From Tepidisphaera sp. (GTDB taxonomy: Bacteria; Planctomycetota; Phycisphaerae; Phycisphaerales; UBA1924): DNA of 64,000 nucleotides. This document shows positions 10,140 through 20,812 of the stretch, piece after piece. The notes under the pieces were generated by a model. It made no database searches. It was not told where the DNA came from and was given only the letters and a program-made list of their open reading frames with translations. The position numbers and the translations under genes were made by a program. How positions within the stretch are numbered: the stretch's first letter is position 1; every line of letters begins with the position of its first letter. The stretch lies in contig CP051526.1 of the NCBI GenBank assembly GCA_050916045.1, positions 1,024,001 to 1,088,000 of the forward strand. The letters run 5' to 3'.

Positions 10140-11258
10140 TCAGTCCGAGATCTCGTCGCGGTTGGGCTCCCGCAACGCGAGTCGCACCGAGCGGATCGCT
10201 TCCGCAAGCGTCGGTGGACGAGCGCCCCGAGCTCGTTGGCCAGCACCGATCCGGAATGCTTCGGAAAGCCATCCCACCAGCGTCGAATACGCCCGGCCGA
10301 TGGACATCGCCGGGTCGTAGACGTTCGTCGATTCCGACGTGATGCCGTTGAGCTCGATGATGATGAACCCCTCGCCTTTGCTCAGCGATTCGTCGCTGGA
10401 ATAGCGGAGATCGAAGCGCCCAAAGCCGAATCCGGGAATAAGGCTCGCGATCTCGTCCATCGCCCGCTCGAGGGCCGGGGTGATCAGGTGGGCTCCGTCG
10501 CGAAAGAGGGTGCCCTGGCAGTGGTTGCCCGCGATGCAGACCGGAACGCGTTCCCCGGCGGAGGGCACGCGGCTGGCTTGGGCTCCAAGGCGTGCCATGA
10601 ACCGCGACTGCTGCAGCCGCTTTCGCGGATCGCGGGCGATCAGGTCGGCGATGGTGGAGACGCCATCCCCGACGACGGCGGCGAAATCCTTCACGGTGAT
10701 CGAGAAGATGCGGCCGCGTTCCTCACCGGGCGACCGGACGAAGAACACTCCGGCTTCGCACGGGCCGGGATGGAAGGGCTGGATCAAGACGGCGTGGTCC
10801 AGAGGGCCGCGAGCGGCGGCGATGGCCGCGGCGAGATCGGCTTCGCATCGCACCAGCCGCACGCCGGAACCTCGGCACCCGCGGTCGGGCTTGACGATCA
10901 GAGGAAAGCCCCACTTTCGTTCCGCGATCCGCCGGAGAGCTTCGCCCGCTTCGGCGGGTTCAAGCCGGACCGAAGGCGTCACGCGCGGGTCGGGCATCAG
11001 GTCGAGGATCTCCTGCTTGGACTCTCCCGCGAGGCGGGCGAGCGGGTCGCAGGTGTTCGCGATCAGCGGAAGGGTCAGGGATCGGTGCTTCGCGGCGAGC
11101 CAGAGGTAGACCGGCGTCAGCGGCGCGTAGGCGGCCCACGTCGGCCAGAACTCCCAGTGAAGCAGCTTGGCAACCGAAGGCGGCAGCCACAAGCACGCAC
11201 GGTCACGCACCCGAGCGACAACCGACGGCGGCGAAGCCACGCTCACGACGCGCACCAC
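10140..11258 (-). CDS. ATP-grasp carboxylate-amine ligase (D-Ala-D-Ala ligase-like)
   Basis: HWEFWP, FPLIVKPDRGCRGSGV, GNHCQG, GRFDLR and IELNG. Confidence 0.8.
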   Translation of the reverse strand: MVRVVSVASPPSVVARVRDRACLWLPPSVAKLLHWEFWPTWAAYAPLTPVYLWLAAKHRSLTLPLIANTCDPLARLAGESKQEILDLMPDPRVTPSVRLEPAEAGEALRRIAERKWGFPLIVKPDRGCRGSGVRLVRCEADLAAAIAAARGPLDHAVLIQPFHPGPCEAGVFFVRSPGEERGRIFSITVKDFAAVVGDGVSTIADLIARDPRKRLQQSRFMARLGAQASRVPSAGERVPVCIAGNHCQGTLFRDGAHLITPALERAMDEIASLIPGFGFGRFDLRYSSDESLSKGEGFIIIELNGITSESTNVYDPAMSIGRAYSTLVGWLSEAFRIGAGQRARGARPPTLAEAIRSVRLALREPNRDEISD

Positions 11259-11989
11259 GCGGCGGAGCGTTCAAAGTCCAGCACAGCGGTGAAAGCCGTG
11301 TTCTCGACCAGATCCTCATAGCGCATGCGAGCGCCGCGAAGTCGGATCTCAACGGTGGTGATGCTCACCGTCCGCGCGTCGGGCCGCGCCATGTTGACGC
11401 TGATCTCCGGCCGCTGCGGCCATCGGTGGCGGTGGAAGAGGTCTTGGACGGGCGGTGAGGGCTTGGCGGCGACCATCGCGTCGAAAAGGTCGCGACGAGG
11501 TGCTTGTACGTGATCATCCCCGAGCCCCGACGAGGAAAGGACGAACGGCGTGCCGAGCGTGATGCCGTCGTCCTGACGTGGCGAACCTCGCCCGCCGGCG
11601 AGCTCAATGGCTTCGCGGCCGTCGCAGAGAAGCACCCGGAAGGGCGCGAACGCCGCGTGGTCGATCCGACGAAACTCCTCATGCGCGTCGGCGACCGTCG
11701 CTCCGGAAAGCAGCTTGGGAACCACCTCTCCGCGGCTGGGGCCGGGAACGCGTTTCGCCGGCGCGAGGCCCGGGTTGCGGTTGAGCAGGACAGCCAGGAC
11801 GCCCCGCGCGTTCACGCCGATCCACGTCCCGCCGCGGTCCGCATCCGTCGGCATCATGAAGGTCATGGAGCCGTCGTGGCGGATTTCCGGCGGCCGGGCC
11901 AGGCCCCGCGTCCGCTGTTCATCCCGGCTGCAGACCACCCGAAGCCCGGCGTCCGGCAAGCCGAGAGCGATCCCGGTCACCGTGCACAT
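11243..11989 (-). CDS. NRDE/TANGO2 family protein (Ntn-hydrolase-like)
   Basis: N-terminal MCT, SRDEQRTR, GGTWIGVN, SRG and ARTVS. Confidence 0.82.
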   Translation of the reverse strand: MCTVTGIALGLPDAGLRVVCSRDEQRTRGLARPPEIRHDGSMTFMMPTDADRGGTWIGVNARGVLAVLLNRNPGLAPAKRVPGPSRGEVVPKLLSGATVADAHEEFRRIDHAAFAPFRVLLCDGREAIELAGGRGSPRQDDGITLGTPFVLSSSGLGDDHVQAPRRDLFDAMVAAKPSPPVQDLFHRHRWPQRPEISVNMARPDARTVSITTVEIRLRGARMRYEDLVENTAFTAVLDFERSAAWCAS

Positions 11990-12525
11990 CGGGCCTCCAT
12001 CGGCGTTCCCGCGGCGACGCCGACCTCGGCCGGACAGTCCACCCCGACCCGCGCCAGCATCATGCGGACCATGGCCAGGTGGTGCACGGTGTGATCGACG
12101 ACGTACATCAGCTCCCGCTCAAAGGTCGACTCCGCCCGGAGCGACGTTTTGGACTGAAGCACCAGCGTGGAAACGGTCACGCGCTCGCCGGTTCCGATCG
12201 AGCGGCTCGCGAGTGCCCGCCTCGATTCCGAGATGGCCGTCCGCGCGGCGTACGGTGAGCGCTCAATCTCGCTCCCGCGCTGCCGGGCTTCGTAGTCGAT
12301 CGCTCCCTCGCACGCCAGCAGATTCCGGACGTGGTCCAGTACGTGACGAAAGTGCCCGCCGATCGTGCTTCCAAAGCAGTGGTCGATCGAGGGATCCGCG
12401 TACCGCGAAGCGGGCATCCGGTCGAGCAGCTCGGTAAGTTGCGCGAGGTGCTCGTCGAGCGCGGCGGCCGCGAGCGTCCCCGCGTGTGCATCCGAGAGTT
12501 CATGGGTCGTGTCTTGGTTGGTCAT
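11977..12525 (-). CDS. DinB family metalloprotein
   Basis: IGGHFRHVLDH, IDYEARQR and RELMYVVDHTVHHLA. Confidence 0.82.
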   Translation of the reverse strand: MTNQDTTHELSDAHAGTLAAAALDEHLAQLTELLDRMPASRYADPSIDHCFGSTIGGHFRHVLDHVRNLLACEGAIDYEARQRGSEIERSPYAARTAISESRRALASRSIGTGERVTVSTLVLQSKTSLRAESTFERELMYVVDHTVHHLAMVRMMLARVGVDCPAEVGVAAGTPMEARCAR

Positions 12526-12546
12526 GGGTTTGATTCCAATCGGCCC

Positions 12547-12942
12547 TCAGAGACGCGATCCGATGATCGGGAGGCTCCGCCGACGGATCAACACGACCAC
12601 CGATGAGCATACCAGCGTCACGATCGCAAGGGCGAAGAGCAGCCCGCCATCATCTTTGACGACGATCCCCAGTTTCGTGAGGTGTGAACCGATCGCCCCG
12701 ACCATCATGCCCACCGCCATCGCCCCGCCGATCGCGGCTGTCCTTGGGATGAGAAGGAGGACCACGGTGATCAACTCGGCCACACCGGCACCGATCCGGC
12801 CCCACGGCTCGACGCCCAGCGTCGTGAAAATGTAACGGGCTTCCTCGGCTCCGGTGAACTTGAAGAAAAGCGTCTGTCCGAGAATGGCGGCGGACGCGAG
12901 CTGACAGATCCACGATGCGATGTTCTGGCCCTTCGAGATCAA
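12547..12942 (-). CDS. DoxX family membrane protein
   Basis: AAGGAG RBS before TTG 12942; QTLFFKFTG, EPWGRIG..E and GAIGSHL; 4 TM segments. Confidence 0.82.
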   Translation of the reverse strand: MISKGQNIASWICQLASAAILGQTLFFKFTGAEEARYIFTTLGVEPWGRIGAGVAELITVVLLLIPRTAAIGGAMAVGMMVGAIGSHLTKLGIVVKDDGGLLFALAIVTLVCSSVVVLIRRRSLPIIGSRL

Positions 12943-13156
12943 GCGAACTCCTTTGGCTTTCGCTTGCGAGGACACGACCCCGGGTGGCCCGCGATCCGTC
13001 GTGTGGACCGATCCGCGGGGTCGTCGGACGCCGGGCAAGCGCCGGCATCCGCAGCTAGGATGCCGATGGGTGGCCCATGGTTTCGGTCGCGGATGAAGTC
13101 CCATGCCCGAATCTCGAAGTCCACGTCCGCCGACCGGCGGCTTCGGGCCTGGAGCG

Positions 13157-14281
13157 ATGCAAACGAACGCCGATCGGGCCCAGGCCCGGTCCGCACGAAC
13201 GGAGCTCACTGGCCGCATGTCCTTCGCACTGCACACCCCCGAGGATTACCTTCTCGCCCGAGATTTCTGCTCGTACGGGTACTTCCTGCTCCGTCCCAAT
13301 CGCTGGGACGTCAAGCGGCGGGTGCTGACGCGTGCGTTCGCCATCGAACGTTCGCCGGTCCTTGTGCAGGTCTCACAGCGAGGGCCGGGGGAAGCGATCC
13401 GCGTCGAGCCCTCCCGCCCGCTCATCGCCAAGCACCGATCGCTCATCGCTTCTTGGCTCACCCGGATGCTGCGGCTGGATGAACCCGCCTCCGAGATCGC
13501 TGAGTTCCACGCTTTGGACCCGCGGTGGAAGCAAGCCGGCCGCGGCCGCTTGATGCGCTCGCCCACCATGTTCGAGGACGTCATCAAAACGGTGACAAGC
13601 TGCAACGTCACCTGGCCGAGCACCGTGCAGATGAACCGCCGGCTGTGCGAGGTACTCTCGGGAGCCAAACCGGACGCTTCCGGCGAGATCACCGGGCCGT
13701 GTCCCTTCCCCGAGCCGGCAAGACTCGCCGCGACGCGCCCGCAGACGCTCCGGGCCCGGTGCCGCGTCGGGTACCGCGACAAGCGGATCGTCGAACTCGC
13801 CAAGCTCTTCCGAAGCGGAGCGATCAACCCTGCGTGGTTCGAAGACCCGACCACGCCGGATGATGCCGTGTTTGACGCGCTCATCGATCTGCCCGGCATC
13901 GGCCCCTACGCCGCCGCGAACATCATGCAGCTCCTCGGCCGGTACGGACGCCTCCCACTCGACACCGAAAGCGTGCGCCACGGCAGGACCATCCTCGGCA
14001 TGGAAGGAACCCCCGCGGCCATCATGAAAGCCGTGCACGCCCACTACAAGCCCTTCGGCAAGCACGCGTTCCGCTCGTACTGGTTTGAGCTCTGGGACTT
14101 CTACGAGTCCAAGCACGGGCCGGCGCACACGTGGGACCGCGACTCGACCGGCTCGCTCTTCACGGCGTCGCAGTTCTCCAAGGACGCCAAAACGGTCACG
14201 GTGAAGCCCGTGCCAAACAAAAACCCGGCTTCCAAGCAGCCGGGTCTGAAGACGAGTCGGAAGTCGGTCGCGAAGCGGTAA
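13157..14281 (+). CDS. HhH-GPD DNA glycosylase (AlkA/OGG1-like)
   Basis: RLMRSPTMFEDVIKTV, GYR and LIDLPGIGPYAA..D HhH-GPD motif; start uncertain (13157 or 13217). Confidence 0.82.
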   Translation: MQTNADRAQARSARTELTGRMSFALHTPEDYLLARDFCSYGYFLLRPNRWDVKRRVLTRAFAIERSPVLVQVSQRGPGEAIRVEPSRPLIAKHRSLIASWLTRMLRLDEPASEIAEFHALDPRWKQAGRGRLMRSPTMFEDVIKTVTSCNVTWPSTVQMNRRLCEVLSGAKPDASGEITGPCPFPEPARLAATRPQTLRARCRVGYRDKRIVELAKLFRSGAINPAWFEDPTTPDDAVFDALIDLPGIGPYAAANIMQLLGRYGRLPLDTESVRHGRTILGMEGTPAAIMKAVHAHYKPFGKHAFRSYWFELWDFYESKHGPAHTWDRDSTGSLFTASQFSKDAKTVTVKPVPNKNPASKQPGLKTSRKSVAKR

Positions 14282-14287
14282 GCGGCG

Positions 14288-15472
14288 TTACCCGTTCTTT
14301 CGCTCGAACTCACGCATGAAGTCGGCGAGGGCTTTGCAGCCCGCTTCCGGCATCGCGTTGTACATGCTTGCCCTCATGCCGCCGGTGGCGCGGTGGCCCT
14401 TGAGGCCGTCCAGGCCCGCTGCGCCGGCTTCCTTGCAGAACTTGTCGTCGAGTTCGGCGGTGGGGCAGCGGAAGGTGAGGTTCATCAGGCTTCGGGCTTC
14501 GGGGACGGCGTGGCCCTTGTAGAACGTGCTGGAATCGAGCACGTCGTAGATGTGCTTGGCTTTGCGGACGTTCCGCTCGAGGATCACGTCGAGGCAGTGG
14601 CGGCCGCCGGTCCCTTGAGCGAGGATCCACTTAAACACGAGGCCGCAGATGTAGATCGCGAAAGCCGGGGGCGTGTTCGGGCGGGACTCTTCCTTGGCGA
14701 AGGTTTCGTACTGCTGCATCAGCGGGAGCGGGCGTGCTTTGATCTTCGCGAGCTCATCCTTGATGACGACGACGGTCGTGCCGGCCGCACCCAGGTTCTT
14801 CTGGGCTCCGGCGTAGACCAAGCCGTACTTCGTAAAGTCGACCGGGCGGGAGTAGATGTCGCTCGACATGTCGCAGACGAGCGGGACGCCTGCGGGAGCG
14901 ACGGGGTCGCGCTGCTGCCAGGTGTTCTTGCCGCCCTCGATCCGATGCCACTCGGTGCCGTAGATCGTGTTGTTCGAGCAGAAGTGGACGTACGCCGGCT
15001 TGGCCGAGTACGTGGTCTGGGCGTCGGAGGGGATGTAGGAGTGGTTCTTGTCCTTGCTGGTCGAAGCTTCGTGGAGAGCCCCGTAGAACTTGCCGTGCTC
15101 CAGGGCTTTCTCCGCCCAGTAGCCGGTGGTGATGTAGTCGGCGGTCTGGTCCTGGGGCTTGAGGTTGGCGGGGACCATCCAGTTCTGAGCGGTCGCGCCG
15201 CCGGTCAGGAACAGAACGTGGTAGTCCTTGGGCAGGTTGCTGATCTTCCGGAAGTTCTCGATCGCGTCGGCGAGGACCTTGTCAAAGACCTTGCCGCGGT
15301 GGGAGTGCTCGAGGATGCCGATGCCCGAGCCCGCGATGTTCAGGACGTCGGTCTGGATCTGCTGGAGGACTTCCTCCGGCAGGCACCCGGGCCCCGCGGA
15401 GAAGTTGAAGATGCGGCCCGAAGCCGTGTTCGTCACGGACGGCTTGATCCCGGTGCTGGCGGCGGTGGTCAT
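14288..15472 (-). CDS. serC: Phosphoserine aminotransferase
   Basis: NFSAGP, SHR, DMSSD, AGAQKNLG, NTPP and LKGHRATGGMRASMYNA. Confidence 0.95.
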   Translation of the reverse strand: MTTAASTGIKPSVTNTASGRIFNFSAGPGCLPEEVLQQIQTDVLNIAGSGIGILEHSHRGKVFDKVLADAIENFRKISNLPKDYHVLFLTGGATAQNWMVPANLKPQDQTADYITTGYWAEKALEHGKFYGALHEASTSKDKNHSYIPSDAQTTYSAKPAYVHFCSNNTIYGTEWHRIEGGKNTWQQRDPVAPAGVPLVCDMSSDIYSRPVDFTKYGLVYAGAQKNLGAAGTTVVVIKDELAKIKARPLPLMQQYETFAKEESRPNTPPAFAIYICGLVFKWILAQGTGGRHCLDVILERNVRKAKHIYDVLDSSTFYKGHAVPEARSLMNLTFRCPTAELDDKFCKEAGAAGLDGLKGHRATGGMRASMYNAMPEAGCKALADFMREFERKNG

Positions 15473-15585
15473 CGCGGAAACTCCAGAAACTGGCGAAAAG
15501 GAACGTTCCAGTCGGGAAGTGTAGAACCGTGCCGGACGCGGGGGAAAGCTCGGTGCGTCGGGGTGTCCCTGTGGGCGTGCGGGCC

Positions 15586-15619
15586 AAAAGAAAGCGGCAC
15601 GGATCGCTCCGTGCCGTTT
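15586..15619 (-). terminator. Intrinsic terminator after the sugar-binding protein gene
   Basis: GCGGCACGGA-tcgc-TCCGTGCCGT stem with a T-run on the minus strand. Confidence 0.65.
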
Positions 15620-15647
15620 GCGGGGTCGAATCAAGCCGAAAAGGCCC

Positions 15648-16664
15648 TTAGTACACCGAGTCGGGGAAGTAGTATTCCTTCGCGTTCGCGGGCGTGACCA
15701 GATCGACGTCGATCATCAGGTGGCGGGGGGTGAACTTCATGATGTCAGCCTGCTTGCCGTCGCGGAGCGTCGAGACGGCGAGGTGGACGCCCATCGCGAC
15801 CATGCTCGGCGGGTAGGTGATGTTGGCGGGGACGCGGGTGTCGCCGTCCATGAGCATTTTGACGGCTTCCTTCATACCGGCGCCGCCCAAGACCCACATC
15901 TCCTTCTCGCGGCCGGCTTCCTTGATCGCCTGAAGCACGCCCATCATGATGTCGTCATCCTGGGCCCAGACGGCGTCGATCTTGGGGTGCTTGGTGAGGA
16001 AGGTCTTCATGACGGACAAGCCCTTCTCGCGGCTCCAGTCCGCGGGCTGGCTGTCGAGAATCTTGATCTCGGGGAAGCCCTTGAAGACCTCCATCGCCGC
16101 ATTGACGCGATCGGTGTTGACGGTCGTGCCCGAGATGCCCTGAAGGATGACGAGGTTGCCCTTGCCGCCCATCTTCTCGGCCACGAACTGAGCGGACTTG
16201 CGGCCGAAAGCCTTGTTGTCGCCCTCGAGGAAGATGTCGGCGACGGGCTTGGTGAACCCGCGGTCGACGTTGACGATGAAGACGCCCTTGTCCTTCACGC
16301 GCTCGGCGGTGGAGGTGAGGCCCTCGCTGTTGTGAGCGAGCACGACGAGCGCATCCAGCCCCTTCACGACCATCGCGTCGATCTGCGAAGCCTGCCGCTC
16401 CGCATTGTCCGCAGTCTGGTACTGCCACTCAACGTCGGGGTAGAGCTCCATCGCTTCCTTGGCCCAGTAGCCGACGCCGGCAGTCCAGCCGTGGTCGGCG
16501 GAGGGGACGGAGACGCCGATGCGAAGCTTCTTGGCCATCGCCGGAGCGGCCGTGCCAGTGCCGGCCGCGGGCTTGGGAGCGGAAGCGGGCTGGCGTTCAC
16601 ACCCTGTGATCGAGCCTGCGAGAGCGAGAACGGCGACCGCGAGCGAGAAGGTCCTGGACATCAT
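15648..16664 (-). CDS. Sugar ABC transporter substrate-binding lipoprotein (RbsB-like)
   Basis: Lipobox ITGC; Peripla_BP features (VNVDR, DNKAFG, ADWS, WAQDD). Confidence 0.88.
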   Translation of the reverse strand: MMSRTFSLAVAVLALAGSITGCERQPASAPKPAAGTGTAAPAMAKKLRIGVSVPSADHGWTAGVGYWAKEAMELYPDVEWQYQTADNAERQASQIDAMVVKGLDALVVLAHNSEGLTSTAERVKDKGVFIVNVDRGFTKPVADIFLEGDNKAFGRKSAQFVAEKMGGKGNLVILQGISGTTVNTDRVNAAMEVFKGFPEIKILDSQPADWSREKGLSVMKTFLTKHPKIDAVWAQDDDIMMGVLQAIKEAGREKEMWVLGGAGMKEAVKMLMDGDTRVPANITYPPSMVAMGVHLAVSTLRDGKQADIMKFTPRHLMIDVDLVTPANAKEYYFPDSVY

Positions 16665-16698
16665 GCCTCCGGAGGTTGGATTGCTTTGCGGAAAGGAA

Positions 16699-17733
16699 CT
16701 AGCGAGCCCCGCGCTGGATCAGCACGGCGGCCACGATGATACTGCCTTTGATCAGGCCCTGCAACGCCGGATTCGACCCCCACATCACCAGCAGGTTGTC
16801 GATCACCGCCAGCAGAAGCACGCCGATGACCGTCCCGATCACCGTCCCCTTGCCCCCCGACATCCGAGTCCCCCCGATCACCACCGCCGCGATGGCGTCA
16901 AGTTCCCACATGCGGCCCGTCGTCGAGTGCGAGGCGCTCCCCATATAGCTCGTGATCATGAGGGCCCCAAGACCCGCCGTCAGGCCCGAGAGGGCGTAGA
17001 CCGCAAGGCGGACCGTCTTGACCGGGATGCCCGCGTACCGGGCGGCCGTCTCGTTGTCGCCGATCGCGATCGTGCGGCGGCCGAAGGTCGTCCGCGACAG
17101 GATGAGCTGCCCGATCGCCGCGACCGCGAAGAAGACCACTACCGGCCACGGGATCATGACCGCCACCCGGCCTGCTTCGTAAATCAGCGGGATGCCGCCG
17201 GAGCCGATGGCTTCGTACGTGTCGCCCTTGGAAGAAACGATCCCCGCTTCGGCGCGGACCTCGGCGAGCGACTTGTACGCCGCAAGCGTCCCCAGGGTCA
17301 CGATGAACGGCGGAATCCTCGCCAGCGAGATCAACGACCCGTTGATCGTGCCCAGAAGCGTTCCAAAGCCCAGCGCGACCGCAACGCCGACCAGCACGTG
17401 GGCCGCCGTCGGATCCGCGCTCCCCGCCATCGAGTTCACCGCTTGGATCGTGCAAACCCCCACCAGCGCCGCGAGCGAGCCGACCGAAAGGTCGATCCCG
17501 CCCAGCGTGATGACGAACGTCATCCCGATCGCGACGATCCCCACCGGAGCCGCGGCCCACAGGATGTTCTGGAAGTTCTCCGGCTTGCGGAACGTCGGCT
17601 CGGTCGCTAGGCCGATCGCCAAAAGAACGAAGAGAGCCAAAGCCGGCCCGAACCGCGCGATGAGGGTGCCAAGCGGGAGTCCGGGCTTGCCCGGGATCGG
17701 CTTGGAGGAAGCGTTTGGTGTCACGGCGGGCAT
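16699..17733 (-). CDS. Sugar ABC transporter permease (RbsC-like)
   Basis: GMTFVITLGGIDLSVGS, IPPFIVTLG and ELDAIAAVVIGGT; start ATG 17733 or GTG 17724. Confidence 0.9.
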   Translation of the reverse strand: MPAVTPNASSKPIPGKPGLPLGTLIARFGPALALFVLLAIGLATEPTFRKPENFQNILWAAAPVGIVAIGMTFVITLGGIDLSVGSLAALVGVCTIQAVNSMAGSADPTAAHVLVGVAVALGFGTLLGTINGSLISLARIPPFIVTLGTLAAYKSLAEVRAEAGIVSSKGDTYEAIGSGGIPLIYEAGRVAVMIPWPVVVFFAVAAIGQLILSRTTFGRRTIAIGDNETAARYAGIPVKTVRLAVYALSGLTAGLGALMITSYMGSASHSTTGRMWELDAIAAVVIGGTRMSGGKGTVIGTVIGVLLLAVIDNLLVMWGSNPALQGLIKGSIIVAAVLIQRGAR

Positions 17734-17814
17734 GGTAGCGGAACCTCGGACCGACGGCACCTTCGCCACCGCCGATCCGCCGAAGCCTCCCGCGCTGGAA
17801 CGATGTTCCGGCTC

Positions 17815-19392
17815 TTATTCGTGCCCGCCGCCGACCATGTAGTTCGGCGATTCCTTCGTGATCTTGATGTCGTGCGGGTGGTTCTCGACGACCGTCGCGC
17901 CCGAGACCTTGCAGAACCGCCCCTCCTGCTGGAGAGCGGCGATCGTCGGGCAGCCGGTGTATCCCATCGCGCTCTTGAGGCCGCCCACGAGCTGGTACAC
18001 GAAGTCGGCGAGCGTGCCGCGGTAGGGGACCATGCCCTCGACGCCCTCGGGGACGAACTTCTGCGTCTGCTTGCCGTCGGAGCCGACCTTTTCCGCCTGG
18101 CGGTACCGGTCGGCGGAGCCGGCGTTCATCGCGCCCTCGCTGCCCATGCCGCGGTAGCTCTTGTACCGGCGGCCGTGGGAGATGACGAACTCGCCGGGGC
18201 TTTCTTCGAGGCCGGCGAAGAGGGAACCCATCATGACGACGCTGGCGCCGGCGGCGATGGCTTTGGGGATGTCGCCGGAGTGGCGGATGCCGCCGTCGGC
18301 GATGATGGGGATGCTGCGGCCGCTTCGGGCGATCCCTTCGGCGGCCTGCATGACAGCCGTGATCTGCGGGACGCCCACGCCGGTGACGACGCGGGTGGTG
18401 CAGATGGAGCCGGGGCCGATGCCGACCTTGACGGCGTCCGCGCCGGCTTCAGCGAGGTCGTAGGCGGCTTCGGCGGTCGCGATGTTGCCGGCGATGACCT
18501 CGATCTTGTACCGCTTCTTGATCTCGCGGACGGTCTGGAGCACGTTCTCGCTGTGGCCGTGGGCGGTGTCGACGGTGAGCACATCGACCTCGGCGGCGAG
18601 CAGAGCTTCCACGCGGTCGTACTGGTGCACGCCGACGGCGGCACCGCAGCGGAGGCGGCCGCGATCATCGCGGCAGGCACGCGGGAACTGGCTCGCCCGG
18701 TCGATGTCGCGCATCGTGATCACGCCGCACAAGCGGAACTGGTCGTCGACCAGAAGAAGCTTCTCGACCTTTTGCTTGTTGAGAATCCGCTCGGCTTGGT
18801 CGAGGGTCGTTCCCGGAGCGGCAGTCACCAGCGGGCTTCCCGGAGCGTGGGCGGTCATCACCTGACCGACCGGGGTCGAGAGATCCTCGACAAACTTGAG
18901 ATCGCGGCGGGTAATGATCCCAAGGAGCTTTCCCTTGCCGCGAGCCGCGCCGGAGGTCCCGGGCGAACCGTCCTCCGTCACCGGGAAACCCGAGACGTTG
19001 TGCGTCCGCATCAGCTCTTTCGCGCGGGCGACCGTGTCGGCCGGGCCGAGGGTGAGCGGGTCGGTGATCACGCCGTTGGCGGACCGCTTGACCTTGCGGA
19101 CCTCGCGTGCCTGGGCTTCGACCGAGAGGTTCTTGTGGATGATGCCGAGGCCGCCCTCCTGCGCGAGCGCGATGGCGAGGGCCGACTCGGTCACCGTGTC
19201 CATCGGGGCCGATAGCAGCGGGATGTTCAGCGTGATGTTCGCGGTCAGCCGCGTCCGCGTGTCCGCATCCGCGGGCATGACGGTCGACCGCCGCGGGATC
19301 AAGAGCACATCGTCGAAGGTGATCCCTTCGAGCGCGATCTTGGAGGACAGGATGGAGGGGGAGACAGACTGCGAGTTGGTCTGGGTCGCCAT
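17815..19392 (-). CDS. guaB: IMP dehydrogenase
   Basis: [19 protein letters not shown] pair, [11 protein letters not shown] and YRGMGS. Confidence 0.96.
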   Translation of the reverse strand: MATQTNSQSVSPSILSSKIALEGITFDDVLLIPRRSTVMPADADTRTRLTANITLNIPLLSAPMDTVTESALAIALAQEGGLGIIHKNLSVEAQAREVRKVKRSANGVITDPLTLGPADTVARAKELMRTHNVSGFPVTEDGSPGTSGAARGKGKLLGIITRRDLKFVEDLSTPVGQVMTAHAPGSPLVTAAPGTTLDQAERILNKQKVEKLLLVDDQFRLCGVITMRDIDRASQFPRACRDDRGRLRCGAAVGVHQYDRVEALLAAEVDVLTVDTAHGHSENVLQTVREIKKRYKIEVIAGNIATAEAAYDLAEAGADAVKVGIGPGSICTTRVVTGVGVPQITAVMQAAEGIARSGRSIPIIADGGIRHSGDIPKAIAAGASVVMMGSLFAGLEESPGEFVISHGRRYKSYRGMGSEGAMNAGSADRYRQAEKVGSDGKQTQKFVPEGVEGMVPYRGTLADFVYQLVGGLKSAMGYTGCPTIAALQQEGRFCKVSGATVVENHPHDIKITKESPNYMVGGGHE

Positions 19393-19526
19393 GAGATAGG
19401 GTTAGAGGGATTGTCGTCCGGGTCAAGTGGCGACCGGTTCAGGCCGTGACAAAGCCGCCGCTTTCACGGGATTTCGGCCCGTACGGAAGCCTCCGACGGG
19501 CGTTGATGGCGCTGTTTCAGAGCGGT

Positions 19527-20750
19527 TTAGAGATCAAGCACCAGCCGCTGCGGGTCCTCGATGGTCTGCTTGATGCGGACGAGGAACTGCACGGCTTCGG
19601 CGCCGTCGATGATGCGGTGGTCGTACGACAGGGCGAGGTACATCATCGGGCGGATAGCGACCTGGCCGCTGCCGGCGGGGTACTCGACCGCGCGGTTCTT
19701 GATGGCGTGCATGCCGAGGATCGCCGACTGCGGCGGGTTGAGGATCGGCGTGCTCATCAAGCTGCCGAAGATGCCACCGTTGGTGATCGTGAACGTGCCG
19801 CCCTGCATTTCCTCCAGGGAAATTTTGCCTTCCTTGCCGCGGCTGCCCAGGTCCTTGATCGAAGCTTCGACCCCGGCCATCGACATCTTCTCGCAGTTGC
19901 GGAGGACTGGGACCACGAGGCCCTTGGGCGTGCTGACCGCGACGGAGATGTCGCAGTAGTCGTGCTTCTCGATCATGAGCTGGCCGCTTTCCTCGACGAT
20001 GGAAGCGTTGACCATCGGGAACGCGCGGAGGGCCTGCACCGCCGCTTTCACGAAGAACGACATGAAGCCCAGGCCCACGCCGTGCCGCTTCTCGAACTCT
20101 TCCTTGTACGTCTTGCGAAGCTCCATGACCGGGCCCATGTCGACCTCGTTGAAGGTCGTGAGCATCGCGGCGGTGTGCTGGGCCTGCACCAGCCTCTGAG
20201 CGATCCGCATGCGGATCGGGGTCATCTTCTCGCGGGTCGCGCCGCGAGGGCTGGCGGGAGCGGCTTTGCTCTCCGAAGCGGGCTTGGCGTGAGACCCGTT
20301 GGCCGCGCCGAGCACGTCCGCTTCGCGAACGCGCCCGCCGGGGCCCGTCGCGGGCACCTTGGCCATGTCGACGTGGAGCAGCTCGGCGGTCTTCTTGGCA
20401 AGCGGCGTCGAGCGGACGCTGTCGCTCCCCGAACTCGCACCGACGCCGACCAGAGCCGGCTTGGGCTCGGCTTTCACTTCGGCCACCGAGGGCGCCTGGG
20501 CGGCGGGAGCGGCGGCCTTCTCGTCGATGGTTCCGACGGAAGCTCCGATCTTGACCGTGTCCCCTTCCTTGACGCCCTGCGCGGTCAGCACGCCGGCGGT
20601 GGGGGAGGGAACCTCGAGCGTCGCTTTGTCCGTCTCAAGCTCAAGAAGGGTCTCGTCGCGCTTGACGTAGTCGCCGACCTTCTTGGTCCAGCGAAGCACC
20701 ACGCCGCTCGTCACGCTCTCGCCCGCCTGTGGGATGATGATGTCCGCCAT
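19527..20750 (-). CDS. sucB: 2-oxoglutarate dehydrogenase E2 (dihydrolipoyl succinyltransferase)
   Basis: Lipoyl ETDKA, E3-binding domain, [11 protein letters not shown] and [10 protein letters not shown]. Confidence 0.95.
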   Translation of the reverse strand: MADIIIPQAGESVTSGVVLRWTKKVGDYVKRDETLLELETDKATLEVPSPTAGVLTAQGVKEGDTVKIGASVGTIDEKAAAPAAQAPSVAEVKAEPKPALVGVGASSGSDSVRSTPLAKKTAELLHVDMAKVPATGPGGRVREADVLGAANGSHAKPASESKAAPASPRGATREKMTPIRMRIAQRLVQAQHTAAMLTTFNEVDMGPVMELRKTYKEEFEKRHGVGLGFMSFFVKAAVQALRAFPMVNASIVEESGQLMIEKHDYCDISVAVSTPKGLVVPVLRNCEKMSMAGVEASIKDLGSRGKEGKISLEEMQGGTFTITNGGIFGSLMSTPILNPPQSAILGMHAIKNRAVEYPAGSGQVAIRPMMYLALSYDHRIIDGAEAVQFLVRIKQTIEDPQRLVLDL

Positions 20751-20812
20751 GCTCGCCTTTCAGTGGCTCCCAAGCCTCATGCTTCGGTGCCGCTTGCCTT
20801 GATGCCTTCTTC

